A DNA stretch of 64,000 nucleotides from Octopus bimaculoides (taxonomy: Eukaryota): assembly GCF_001194135.2 (NCBI RefSeq), contig NC_068985.1, positions 13,864,071 through 13,928,070 of the forward strand. Reading direction: 5' to 3'. Shown here piece by piece: positions 51,151 to 64,000 of this stretch. Positions within the stretch are counted from its first letter, which is position 1; each line of letters starts with the position of its first letter. A program made the position numbers and the translations under genes. Under the pieces are notes generated by a model that saw only the letters and a program-made list of their open reading frames with translations, ran no database searches and was not told the DNA's origin.

Positions 51151-52661
51151 ACTTGTTTGCTGGGCCTGACAGATTCTGGTCATTTGCCAGAATCTGTGAG
51201 AGGTAGAGGATAATAGCTGTAGTAAGAATTGATTGGAAAAAAGGCTGAACCTCTTTGTTACCATATTTTTGTTAAAATAGACTGCTCCGCTTCAATTAAT
51301 TTTGAAAACAATGAAGAACTTAGTAAAATTACTTTTATTCTTTTACTTGTTTCAGTCATTTGACTGTGGCCATGCTGGAGCACTGCCTTTAGTCGAACAA
51401 ATTGAACCCAGGACTTATTCTTTGGAAGCCTAGTACTTATTCTATTGGTCTCTTTTGCCGAACCGCTAAGTTACGGGAGACAAACAAACACACAAATACA
51501 TGCATACATTCAGGGTGGCGAGCTGGCAGAAATGTTAGTATGCCAGGTGAAATGCTTAGCGGTATTTTGTCTGCCGTTACATTCTGAGTTCAATTATTGA
51601 ATCTGTTTTATTGAATCTATTTATATGAATCTATTTACACGTCCATCACATTGGACAGATGCTGAATGGCCATGAGAAAAATTTCCGTCGTAACAAAGAA
51701 TATGTTTTTTTATATAATTTTACTTATGCCTAATGAGCCCTAATTACCCCCAAAAATTTCATTTTTACCCCACTTGGGGTAATTTACCTTGGTTCGCCAA
51801 CCCCTGCTCTAGACCATTCATCTGGCAAAAATGAGTCATACCTGTATTTCAAAGGGCCAGCCTTGTCATGTTCAGTGTTACACTGAATTTCCTTGAGAAC
51901 TACGTTAAGGGTTCACGTGTCAGTGGAGTGCTCAGTCCCTTGCATGTTAATTTCATGAGCAGGCTGTTCCGTTGATCGGATCAACTGGAACCCTCGCTGT
52001 CATGACTAACGGAATGCCAGTTATCATCAGTACAGTCACTTGTATCACTAATCAAAGTGGTTTCACAAAATATTCTGTAAGTCTACAGCTTTATTATTTC
52101 ATGTTTACACCTAAGGCGGTGAGCTGGCAGAATCGTTAGCATGTTGGAGAAAATGCTTAGGGGTACTTTGCCCATTGCTATGATCTGAGTTCAAATTCTA
52201 CCGAGGTTGACTTTGCCTTTCATCTTTTCAAGGTTGATAAAATAAATATCAGTTGAACACTGGGGTCGATGTATTTGATTCATCCCCATCTCCCCCCAAG
52301 CTGCCCTTGTGGAAAAAAATTTGAAATAATTATTTCATGTCTACAGCAAATCTTTCTTCTGTTTCTCAAATCACCGAAACAAAGAGCTTGAGAACCTGAG
52401 ATTGTTGCCTAGGAGACAAAATATTTTGAAAAACAAAAAACAAAACATGAAAGCAATGTTAGTATGATTCACAGATAATTTCAGAAAGAGTGTGTGTGTG
52501 TGTGTGTGTGTGTGCATGCATGTATATGAGAGAGAGTGTGTGTGTGCATGTGTGTGTGTGTGAGGTTTGGCTTATGATAAATTGTGACAAACACTAACAG
52601 ATGGCTTTTGGATGTGTTGGTGTTAAAAGAGTTATTATTATCATTATTGTTGTTGTTGTTG

Positions 52662-52710
<49 letters not shown>

Positions 52711-55559
52711 CATTATTATTATTATTATTAGTAGTAGTAGTAGTATGTTGTGTTCAAATTGTAACCAGGTCGACTTCGCTTTTCATCATTTTGGGTGTTG
52801 ATAAAATAAGTACCAGCTGAATACTGCGGTTGATGTAATCGACTATGCCCCTCCCCGCAAAATTTCAGGCCTTGTGCTGATAAGTAGAAGCAAAATGAAA
52901 AAAATACCCTCTTCCCTACCCACAAAAAAATCTTTGCCTCACCATGAAATGAATGGACAAAGAATATATATATATATATATATATATANNNNNNNNNNNN
53001 NNNNNNNNNNNNNNNNNNNNNNNNNNNNNNNNNNNNNNNNNNNNNNNNNNNNNNNNNNNNNNNNNNNNNNNNNNNNNNNNNNNNNNNNNNNNNNNNNNNN
53101 NNNNNNNNNATGTGTGTGTGTGTGTGTGTGTGTGTATGAGCCAAATCTAATGACAGGCACCCGTGCCAGTGGAGCGCTAACAGCACCATCCAAGTGGAAT
53201 CACTGCCAGAGCAGCGGTCTCGCTTCCGTGCCGGTGACACGTAAAAAGCATCATTTGAGTGCGATCGTTTCCAGCTTCGCCTTACTGGCACTTGTGCCAG
53301 TGGCATGTGAACAAAACATTGGACTGACTTCTGTGCAGGTGGCAAGTAAAAAACACCATCTGAGCGTGGCCGTTGCCATTACCACGTGACTGGCCCTTGT
53401 GCCGGTGGCACGTAAAAAGTACCCACTACACTCTTGGAGTGGTTGGTGTTAGGAAGGGCATCCAGCTGTAGAAACTCTGCCAGATCACATTGGAGTCTGG
53501 TGTAGCCATCCGGTTCACCAGTCCTCAGTCAAATCGTCCAACCCATGCTAGCATGGAAAGTGAACGTTAAGCGATGATGAGGATGATGATGATGATGATG
53601 AATATATTTTCAACTTGATTTAATCTTTGTTTCTGAGTCTGTATTATTAGATTTGAAAACAGATTACAAGACACCACAACATTACAAGAGCAGAATTATT
53701 ATAAAGAAAATTGTCTATTTGCTGGTCGGTACACAAAGCTCAACTAATATAGCTAGAATCTATGATCCTCGTGTAGATCTGACAAATTTTAACAGGTCAA
53801 AATCACACAGAATTATATGCAACAACAACAATAAATGTTTCTGTATAATCTAATATTAATATTATATTACATTATAGAATTTATAATTCAATATTTATTG
53901 TTTATAACATGTTTCAAACATGTTTAGCCTGGCTACAAAATAGAAACACTTTTAAATATTTATTTTGGCTTGATGAACAATATATAAATATAGATATTAT
54001 TCAAATGTTGCTAATATAACTTTACATGGTTGCTAATATAGCAAGAAATAGCAGCCAAATTTCCCTCAGATCACATCTTAACATCTTAAAAATGCAAACT
54101 GTAAATCTATTGAAATGTTTGGGTATAATTGAACAGTTATTCAAAAAACAACAGTCTGAGATATCCTTTACATTGTTGCTCAGATTGCTTGAAATAACAG
54201 CCAAATTCCCCTCAAATCACATTCTGTCAGAAATGCAAAAACCAAGAGAAAGATGGGATGGTTATTTGATCATAGTTCTGCTCATACAGGGCTGACCTAG
54301 GGCTAAACATTAACAACAATTTTTATAGATATACAGGGTACTTCAAAGATTTTGTACAAATTTGGGCATGGCTATGGGAGCAGTTATGGCTGGGTTCAGG
54401 GTTCAGTCCCACTGTGTGACAAATTGGGCAAGTGTCTTCTACCATAGCCCCAGGTTTACCAGAACCTTGTGAGTGGATTTGTTACTTGGAAATTAATAAA
54501 AAAGCTCATTGTGCGTGTGTGTGTGTGTGGGGGGGGGCTTTATGTCTGTACCTCACAACTGCTTGACAACCAATGTTGGTTTGTTTATGTTCTTGTAACA
54601 GTGGTTCGGCAAAAGAGATTGACAGGACAAGAACCAGGCTTTAAAGAAAACAAAAGTACTGGGGTTAATTTGTTCAACTAAACACTTCAAGGTGGTGCTC
54701 CAGCATGGCCACAATCCAACGAAAGAACTAAAAGATAAAAGATTCATTTCACTTTTGTCTTTGGTCCTCCTATTTATTTAACATCATCTTCATCACCATT
54801 GTTTTAATGCCCACATTTCCATTCTGGCATACATCAGATAGAATTTGCTGAGGCAAATTTTCCAAGGCCAGACGCTCTCCCTGTCGCCAAACCTCACTTG
54901 TGAAGTTTGGCGATAGGAAGAGCATCTAGGAATGATATTCTTTTCTACTCTAGAGGAATAATATACTTTTCTACAGGAATAATATTCTTTTCTACTCTAG
55001 GCACAAGGCCCAAAATTTTTGGGAAGGGGGGGGCCAGTCGATTAGATTGACCCCAGTACGCAGCTGGTACTTAATTTATCAACCTCGAAAGGATGAAAAG
55101 CAAAGTCAACATCGGCGGAATTTGAACTCAACGTAAAGACAGATGAAATGCCGGTAAGCATTTCGCCCGGTGTGCTAATGTTTCTGCCAGCTCACTACCA
55201 TCTTCTTTTTATGCCTAGCAAATCCACTTACAAAGCTTTAGTTTGCCTAGGGTTATAGCAGAAAACACTTGCTCAAGGTGACACATGGTAGAACTGAACC
55301 TGGAACCATTTGGGCAGGAAGCAAACGTCTTACTGCACATCCAAGCCCACATCTATGCCTAAGAACAACCTGGTTTTGTCTAGTTGACATAATAAAAGCT
55401 TTGGAATCAATAGAAGAGAATTGTAAATTTCAGAAGAAAATAGGTAAACCACTTTTAAAGAATGTCAAGTAATTGCTGTTAATTGACTTTTTAAATATTG
55501 ATTGATGTTAAAATGACATTAATCATTAATCACCAGATATCAACACACTGTATGTGTGT

Positions 55560-55875
55560 TTAGGCATCTTACTTTATATCTATGTACAGCTGTTTGTATG
55601 TACGAATGTATGTGTGTATGTATGTATGTATGTATGTGTGTATGTGTGTATGTATGTATGTATATATGTGTGTATGTATGTATGTGTATGTAAGTATGTG
55701 TGTTTGTAATGTATGTATGTGTGTGTGCATGCATGTATGTATGTGTGTATGTATGTATACACATGTGTATGTATGCATGTGTGTGTATGTGTGTATATAT
55801 ATGTATGTACATATGTATGTGTGTGTATGTATGTGTGTATGCGTGCATATGTGTGTGTATGTATGTATGTATGTA
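55560..55875. repeat. Degenerate (TGTA)n/(TG)n microsatellite
   Basis: Directly visible. Confidence 0.85.
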
Positions 55876-56564
55876 TCATCATCATCATCATCATCATTTA
55901 ATGTTCATTGTCCATGCTGGCATGGTTTGGACAGTTTGACCAGGGTTGGTAAGTTGGAAGGCTGCACCAGACACCATTCCGATTTGGCTGGATGGCCTTC
56001 CTAATGCCAACCACTCTGAAAGTGTAATGGGTGCTTTTATATGCCATTGGCATGGGTGCCATTTGCGTGACACGAGTATCTGTCACAACTGTGAATTTGC
56101 TCGGCTTGATAGGTCTTCTCAAGCATGACATAATGCCAAAGGTCTTCTCAAGCATGACATAATGCTAGATGCAGGAGGAAAGAGTGAAACTTGTGGCGAA
56201 AGAATCAGCAGAAGTTCACCATTACCTTCTTCCGGAGTGTGAATGTGTTAATATACTTGTGTGTTCGTGTGTATGCGTGTGAGCATATGTAGTTGTGTAT
56301 GTGGGTGTCTATGTGTGTGTGAGTATGTGTAGACACACGTGTGCATGTACACACACACACACACACACATCTAGCTATGTAAATGCATAAAACACCATAT
56401 ATTAGAGATGCAAATAAATATGGGGAAGATACAGTCAACAATGAAAATGGTAAAAATTTAAGAGAGGGGAGAGAGAGAGAGAGAGAGAGAAGGAGAGAAA
56501 GAGAGGGGGAGGGAAGGAAGATGAGAATAATAATAATAATAATTATACAAAGAAATAAACTTAC

Positions 56565-56639
56565 ATTTGACTTTGAGATAATGGCGAAGATTCCAGCACC
56601 AAGGAGGATGGCAAAAATGATGAAGAGGCATATGAAAAA
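56565..56639 (-). CDS. Tetraspanin exon: TM3
   Basis: tttctattttcag| acceptor and |GTAAGT donor, 75 nt, phase 0-0: FFICLFIIFAILLGAGIFAIISKSN. Confidence 0.9.
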
Positions 56640-58072
56640 CTGAAAATAGAAAAAGATGGAAAGTGAATTAAATGTTTTCTCTCATGTTCAAAGTACTTCA
56701 GGGTACTTATGTTAATTCATACAGAGTACCTTTCATTCGTAGTGCTGTTACATCCTAGCACCAGCGCAGGTTACTTACTTTCATGTAGACTCTCCTTGCT
56801 GACATAGGCTTAGTAGCTTTCATATATGCTGTTGTTTGTGCCTTCTCAAGCCATGCCTGGCTAATAAGGGCAGGTCTCCCGGTTGCATTGGTGTATAGGT
56901 CCCCCGCAACAGGACACCGGTCTGTTGCAGATGAGCTGCTAGATGCAGGAGGAAAGAGTGAGAGAAAATTGTGGCGAAAGAGTCAGCAGAGGTTCGCCAT
57001 TACCTTTTTCTGGAGCCATGTGGAGCTTAGGTATTTCACTCATAAACACACACATCGCCTGGTCTGAGATTCGAACCTGCAATCCCTTGACCGCAAGTCC
57101 ACTGCTCTAACCACCAGACCATGTGCCTCCATGCTTTCATACATAGTATCTCAAAATGTGGGATATATTCTCTAGTAATTTCATTCTGGCACACAAACTG
57201 GGTACATTTTAAGGATAGACTCTCATACACCCCATGTACCTTTCAGGGACAAACTTTTGGATACCCTTAATCCTTTAGCATTCAGATTACTCCATCAAAT
57301 ATAATGTTTATTTATCCACATTGTTTTGAATTAATCTGCACGTATAACACATAACTTAGAAGCAGCGCTACAGATGTACCAACACACACGAGATTGAAAC
57401 ATAGCCGACTGCACGCGCTTCTCATGAGGAATTCCGGAAGAAACTTCATTAGACCACTACTGAGACACTTCCGAAAAAAGAAAAGCCATTGGAAAACAGT
57501 TTATAGCAGAGACTCCGTCTAAGAATATCTAAAGAAGGAATTGTATTCCGAAATATCATCAGACTATGGATAACCAAATTACAACAGGTATATAGTCCAT
57601 TTTTTGTATTATAGTGCATTGTTGTACCATTCAAAACTTTTTATTCTTTATAATCATGGATTATATTTTGTAGCTTTGAAAATTTGATGATGGGATTGTT
57701 TACTTTCAGACATCATCAAAATCTCAAAGCTACAAGATGATACATAATAAATTCAAAGCATTATAAATAAATAAGTTATTACATTGGAAGAATAATCTGG
57801 AATGCTAAACAGTTAAATTGTCCATATCCAGCTCAAATATTCAACCTGTTTTATGTTCAAATTGACCATATCCAACCTCTCACACACACCCTACAATGTC
57901 ATTCTAAAAATACACAATCACATCAATCAAAATCTCAAAGCTATGAGATAATACAGGATTAATTCAAAACAATAGGAATAAATGTGGATAATGCAGTTCT
58001 ATATTTAAGAGATGAGGAATTATGTACATTATTTACATTTGACGGATATTTGTAGTCATCTTGTTTGTTGTT

Positions 58073-58118
58073 AATCCAACGTTTCGGCTGATATACCCTC
58101 CAGCCATCATCAGGTGTC
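58073..58118 (-). ncRNA. Hammerhead ribozyme motif, partly decayed (left arm of palindrome)
   Basis: GACAC-CUGAUGA-U-GGCUG(...)CAGCC-GAAA-CGUU-GGAUU. It keeps the ACGU palindromic helix III; helix I is mismatched. Confidence 0.6.
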
Positions 58119-58165
58119 TTGGGGAAATTTCGAACTTGGGTTCTCATTCCTAAGGTATTTTTCGA

Positions 58166-58206
<41 letters not shown>

Positions 58207-58342
58207 TCACTGCTTGGAATCAAACTCGGAATCTTGGGATTAGTAGGCCGCGTTCTTAACCACTATGCCATGAGCATATGGCGTAGTGATTAAGAGGGCG
58301 AGCTACTAACCCCAAAATTCCAAGTTCGATTCCAGACAGTGA

Positions 58343-58410
<68 letters not shown>

Positions 58411-58457
58411 TCGAAAAATACCTCAGGAATGAGAACCCAGGTTTGAAATTTCCCCAA

Positions 58458-58503
58458 GACACCTGATGAAGGCTGGAGGGTATATCAGCCGAAACATTGG
58501 GTT
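58458..58503 (+). ncRNA. Hammerhead ribozyme motif, partly decayed (right arm of palindrome)
   Basis: GACAC-CUGAUGA-A-GGCUG(gagggtatat)CAGCC-GAAA-CAUU-GGGUU. Core and helix II are intact; helix I and helix III carry mismatches. Confidence 0.6.
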
Positions 58504-60441
58504 AACAACAAACAAGATGAGGACAAATATCTGTCAAATGTAAATAATGTAAATAAGCATGACATTGACAAAGTAATAGGAACACCAAAGGGTTAACGTA
58601 GAGAAAGCCAGGGAAGATTGAGTCACTAAAATACAAGACAAGCAACTGAATAATTATCAGAATGTACTCAGTCAGTGCACTGAGTCAATTAGTAAGGTAT
58701 TTAGCTCCGAAGCCCCTAATGGCTAAATCTATCTAATTCTGAACAGCTACAGAAGCAGGTACATATGATTCCTTACATTAACAGCCTCTCGGTCATACGG
58801 GAAATGTTTTCAAGCAGATTTCTTTCTCCTATGTATACTGGGTACATTTTACAGTCAATGACAGAGTCCTTTGAAATTCTCTGCCCCCTAGGGATTACGA
58901 ACCAACTGATAGGGTAGCTTTTTGATACCATTATCCAGAGGTTTTGATTCCTATATCAGCAATCTCTCCCTCATACCCAAACGTAGACAGAGACACTCTC
59001 TCACATGCATAGGTCATACATTCCAGATACATATACATACATTCCACGTCCTCGTGTTGTTGTTTTTTCTTGGTTGTTCATGTTTGGATTGACTATATAT
59101 ATATATATATATTTGGATTTTATATATGCTCTCTCCCACTTGGATTTAATATGTTGCCACATTTATAATATGTCTTTTTTCTACATTTTTCTACATTTTC
59201 ATGCAGCTGAAGATTGCTCTTCATATTGCATTTAAGGTAATGCTCACATTACTTAAATAAATTTAAGTAGCATGAAACGTGTGTACTGCAATCACTTTTG
59301 AAATCCGTGTTGCTTATTGTTTGATTTTTAATCACCCATCCTTTTGGGATGCGATATTCGGGTGCCTTCGCATAAGTACCATATTCAAACCTTGAATCTA
59401 TATATATATATATATATATATATNNNNNNNNNNNNNNNNNNNNNNNNNNNNNNNNNNNNNNNNNNNNNNNNNNNNNNNNNNNNNNNNNNNNNNNNNNNNN
59501 NNNNNNNNNNNNNNNNNNNNNNNNNNNNNNNNNNNNNNNNNNNNNNNNNNNNNNNNNNNNNNNNNNNNNNNNNNNNNNNNNNNNNNNNNNNNNNNNNNNN
59601 NNNNNNNNNNNNNNNNNNNNNNNNNNNNNNNNNNNNNNNNNNNNNNNNNNNNNNNNNNNNNNNNNNNNNNNNNNNNNNNNNNNNNNNNNNNNNNNNNNNN
59701 NNNNNNNNNNNNNNNNNNNNNNNNNNNNNNNNNNNNNNNNNNNNNNNNNNNNNNNNNNNNNNNNNNNNNNNNNNNNNNNNNNNNNNNNNNNNNNNNNNNN
59801 NNNNNNNNNNNNNNNNNNNNNNNNNNNNNNNNNNNNNNNNNNNNNNNNNNNNNNNNNNNNNNNNNNNNNNNNNNNNNNNNNNNNNNNNNNNNNNNNNNNN
59901 NNNNNNNNNNNNNNNNNNNNNNNNNNNNNNNNNNNNNNNNNNNNNNNNNNNNNNNNNNNNNNNNNNNNNNNNNNNNNNNNNNNNNNNNNNNNNNNNNNNN
60001 NNNNNNNNNNNNNNNNNNNNNNNNNNNNNNNNNNNNNNNNNNNNNNNNNNNNNNNNNNNNNNNNNNNNNNNNNNNNNNNNNNNNNNNNNNNNNNNNNNNN
60101 NNNNNNNNNNNNNNNNNNNNNNNNNNNNNNNNNNNNNNNNNNNNNNNNNNNNNNNNNNNNNNNNNNNNNNNNNNNNNNNNNNNNNNNNNNNNNNNNNNNN
60201 NNNNNNNNNNNNNNNNNNNNNNNNNNNNNNNNNNNNNNNNNNNNNNNNNNNNNNNNNNNNNNNNNNNNNNNNNNNNNNNNNNNNNNNNNNNNNNNNNNNN
60301 NNNNNNNNNNNNNNNNNNNNNNNNNNNNNNNNNNNNNNNNNNNNNNNNNNNNNNNNNNNNNNNNNNNNNNNNNNNNNNNNNNNNNNNNNNNNNNNNNNCA
60401 GGTCAGTGGTACCAATTATCGGGATAAATTCTTCAACTTAC

Positions 60442-60636
60442 CGAGGCAAGAAGACACTGGCTCTTACGGATAGCGCCACAGCAACCAACAAATCCTATTA
60501 TCATCATCAGAACACCAACGCCTATAAGAATATAGGCACCCAAATATGGAAGGTTGAAGTTATCATCAACGTACATTTGAAACGTCGGATCGATGCGGAT
60601 CCATATTCCAACACCAAGGATGGCACATCCCAACAA
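60442..60636 (-). CDS. Tetraspanin (CD9/CD81-like) exon: TM1 end, small loop, TM2; first exon not found in the window
   Basis: tttctttccag| acceptor and G|GTAAGT donor, 195 nt, phase 0-0. LLGCAILGVGIWIRIDP...GVLMMIIGFVGCCGAIRKSQCLLAS contains the tetraspanin GFxGCCGA motif. Confidence 0.93.
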
Positions 60637-61547
60637 CTGGAAAGAAAAGAAAAAAAAGGAGAAATAAAGTAAAAGATCAAAGACATGTTTTTTTTGTATT
60701 ACTTTTTCTCTATGGTCGTTCATTCAATTGAAGAATTTGCTCCTATCTGTTTGATAAATCAGAGAATATAGTTGTGACTGTATGGTTAAGAAGTTTTCTT
60801 TCCAGTCTTGTGGTTTTGGGTTCAGTTCCATTAGCACGCCAGGCAAAATGCTTAGTGGTATTTCGTGTGTCTTTACATTCTGAGTATAAATTCCACCAAG
60901 GTCGATAAATTACATACCAGTTGCATACTTGACTCGATCTAATCGACTGGCCCCCACTCCCCCAAAATTACGGGCCTTGTGCCTAAAGTAGAAAAGTATA
61001 TAGTTATTACTATACAGTTATTAAGTCCAAGTAGTCGTACAAGTGTTAATAGACAAAACATGAATTCTGTAGTTCAATGTTGCAAAATAAAATCATACAT
61101 TTTCTAATATTATAACAATTGGGTTGATCCTTCTTGGAAGCAGTTTTACAATACTGTATTGATCGATATCTATTGATCACTTGTTGGATAATCATGCCAT
61201 CAACACCACCATCACTACCACTGCTATCTCCACCAGCAACACCGTCATTATTGTCACTAATACCACAAAACTGCCATCAACATTACCAGCATCAATACCA
61301 ATTCTACTACATGTATCAAGCTATTGGGAAAACCTCTACATCAGTTTCCCAACCGTTTTTTCTGTCTATGGGCACCTTTGTTTCCTTCTTGTCCCTACTG
61401 GATCTTGATAGCCAAATGGTGCTCAAAAAAATCCTATCATATTTCCATATCTAAATATCAGGAATCATCTTCCATGCTTTACCTTTTGCTTGTTTCAATC
61501 ATTTTTGACTGTGGCTATGTTGGGGCACCACCTTGAAAGATTTTAGT

Positions 61548-61843
61548 CAAACCCTCACCTGGAATTTGCGTCTCCGGTCTGGAACCACTATCTTGCCCAG
61601 GATATTAATCGTCTGGAAACCGTTCAGTGACGTGCAACCAAGAAAATACCCCCCATCAGGCATTTGCCATATTCTGAACGCCTTACTTCCCCGGGTATGG
61701 ATACATTGAAACTCTGACGTCTGGCAGCTGACTTGGCAGACGCCCATAAAATTATTAACCATCTTACTAACAATAACTCTGAGCATCTTTTCAAACTCCA
61801 CCTGTCTAACACCTGTAGACATGTTTACAAAGTCAGAAAACAG
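61548..61843 (+). mobile_element. CR1-clade LINE ORF2 C-terminal fragment (runs into an N gap)
   Basis: PHLEFASPVWNHYLAQDINRLETVQ*RATKKI...LPYSERL...RLAADLADAHKII matches the CR1 'RPHLEY..VW.P....D...LE.VQRRATK' motif. Confidence 0.8.
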
Positions 61844-63840
61844 NNNNNNNNNNNNNNNNNNNNNNNNNNNNNNNNNNNNNNNNNNNNNNNNNNNNNNNNN
61901 NNNNNNNNNNNNNNNNNNNNNNNNNNNNNNNNNNNNNNNNNNNNNNNNNNNNNNNNNNNNNNNNNNNNNNNNNNNNNNNNNNNNNNNNNNNNNNNNNNNN
62001 NNNNNNNNNNNNNNNNNNNNNNNNNNNNNNNNNNNNNNNNNNNNNNNNNNNNNNNNNNNNNNNNNNNNNNNNNNNNNNNNNNNNNNNNNNNNNNNNNNNN
62101 NNNNNNNNNNNNNNNNNNNNNNNNNNNNNNNNNNNNNNNNNNNNNNNNNNNNNNNNNNNNNNNNNNNNNNNNNNNNNNNNNNNNNNNNNNNNNNNNNNNN
62201 NNNNNNNNNNNNNNNNNNNNNNNNNNNNNNNNNNNNNNNNNNNNNNNNNNNNNNNNNNNNNNNNNNNNNNNNNNNNNNNNNNNNNNNNNNNNNNNNNNNN
62301 NNNNNNNNNNNNNNNNNNNNNNNNNNNNNNNNNNNNNNNNNNNNNNNNNNNNNNNNNNNNNNNNNNNNNNNNNNNNNNNNNNNNNNNNNNNNNNNNNNNN
62401 NNNNNNNNNNNNNNNNNNNNNNNNNNNNNNNNNNNNNNNNNNNNNNNNNNNNNNNNNNNNNNNNNNNNNNNNNNNNNNNNNNNNNNNNNNNNNNNNNNNN
62501 NNNNNNNNNNNNNNNNNNNNNNNNNNNNNNNNNNNNNNNNNNNNNNNNNNNNNNNNNNNNNNNNNNNNNNNNNNNNNNNNNNNNNNNNNNNNNNNNNNNN
62601 NNNNNNNNNNNNNNNNNNNNNNNNNNNNNNNNNNNNNNNNNNNNNNNNNNNNNNNNNNNNNNNNNNNNNNNNNNNNNNNNNNNNNNNNNNNNNNNNNNNN
62701 NNNNNNNNNNNNNNNNNNNNNNNNTTGTGTGTCTGTGTTTGTCCCCCCAGCATCGCTTGACAACCGATGGTGGTGTGTTTACGTCCCCATAAATTAGCGG
62801 TTCGGCAAAAATACATCAATAGAATAAGTACTAGGCTTACAAAGAATAAGTCCTGGGGTCGATTTGCTTGACTAAAGGCGATGCTCCAGCATGGCTGCAG
62901 TCAAATAGCTGAAACAAGTCAAAGAATAAAATAAAAGAATGCACATACATACATAGTTTCCATCTCCCAAAACCACTTACAAGTCATTCGTCAGCCGAGG
63001 GCTATAGTAGGAGACGCTTGCCCAAAGTGTCCCACACTGGGACTGAATCTAAAGCCATGTGCTTGGGAAGCAAACTTCATACCCCACAGTCGTGCTTGTG
63101 CCCTATAAAGTCTATGAAATATTCACACAAACACCACCAAACAACAATATTCACAAATAGTGTAGAAAACATACATGACTTTACAAAAACAAAAACAAAA
63201 ACAAAACCAAAAGTAACAGTAACAATACAGAAAATACTTTTGTTATTTCCCATTTCAACATCACAAACCCATGTTGAATATATTAACCATTTCACAGTGG
63301 AAAACAGATATATTTACTCAATATTTTATTACCCTTAAGTGCAGAAAGCACATTTATATACCAATCTATCTTTTGTTGAGGAATGGCATATTTGAAAGTA
63401 TGGTTTGTTGAGATATGTTAAAGTTACTGAGGCAATGTGACTTGCAAAAAATACAATTTCTATTTTTGGTACATACTGAATATAATTACTGGAATAATCA
63501 TGGAATTTAATTATGTAGTGAAAGGGTTACAAAATGTATCTAGTAAATGGATATTTCATACATGAAGGAAATTTTCTAAACATCGCACATACACACACAT
63601 ACACAGAACTCTAGAATCTAATGGTATTAAAACATCTGTATGGAACTAAAAGGTTTTAACAGCACTCAAGACATTCTTGTGGCAATAATACAGGAAACAT
63701 TCTTCCCAACAACACAAAACACCCACCAGTCCAAACTATACTTAAGTCAGACCAGACATACTATTTAACAATGGGTGTGGACTGTTGGCATATATAAAAA
63801 AAAAAAAAATCTCCATTTAATTTAGTTATCACAAAGGACA

Positions 63841-64000
63841 TCTATATATATAAAAATGAGAATGTGTGTCTGTCTGTCTGTCTGTCTGTATGTCTGTGTG
63901 TGTGTTTCCCTAAAACTCGAGAACTACACAACCAATTTCATTCAAATTTTACACATGTCTTACTTAGGGTTCTGATTGTGTTTTAGTCAAAAAAAATTTT
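63841..64000 (+). mobile_element. 5' end of a non-autonomous Helitron-like element (truncated by the window end)
   Basis: A|TCTATATATATAAAAATGAG followed by (TGTC)n, a typical Helitron/DINE-type 5' terminus. Confidence 0.55.

Larger units (their letters stand above)
57994..58556. mobile_element. Head-to-head palindromic dimer of a tRNA-headed, (AAT)n- and hammerhead-containing element
   Basis: Arms ~57994-58271 and ~58278-58556 are reverse complements. Each has A-box-like TGGC(G/A)TAGTG(A/G) and B-box-like GTT(C/T)GATTCC motifs, an (AAT)n tract and a hammerhead core. A 3'-end fragment of the family also occurs at ~1787-1860. Confidence 0.75.

Noticed and set aside
56113-56166. 29-bp tandem duplication GGTCTTCTCAAGCATGACATAATGC
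   Set aside because: A local slippage duplication inside a repeat remnant; no functional signal.

Overview
Eukaryotic, AT-rich, microsatellite- and SINE-dense genomic DNA with many N gaps. The repeat landscape looks cephalopod (Octopus-like); that is inference, not verified. Two split protein-coding genes are supported. (1) + strand: the 3' part of SNRPC (U1 snRNP protein C), exons at 1602-1697, 2589-2726 and 6017-6171, plus a likely duplicated alternative last exon at 10115-10188 that lies inside a ~170-nt fold-back. (2) - strand: a 4-cysteine CD9/CD81-like tetraspanin with six coding exons (60636 down to 37010), an intron in its 3' UTR, and its first exon missing. The rest is transposon debris (tRNA-derived SINEs; RTE, CR1, R4/Dong-like and Tx1/L1-like LINE ends; Tc1/mariner, hAT, pogo/Tigger and piggyBac-type MITEs; a Helitron 5' end) and simple repeats. 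The most notable signal is a set of minimal type-I hammerhead ribozymes with palindromic helix III, belonging to at least three unrelated repeat families. One is a retrozyme/Penelope-like insertion whose fold-back axis lies at a predicted self-cleavage site and which has a 13-bp TSD (22038-22773). A second copy lies in sense orientation in the tetraspanin 3'-UTR intron. Another is a head-to-head dimer of a tRNA-headed (Pol III-type) element carrying a hammerhead (57994-58556). There are seven long fold-backs in total and a dense cluster of RFX X-box-like motifs at 33.4-33.9 kb.
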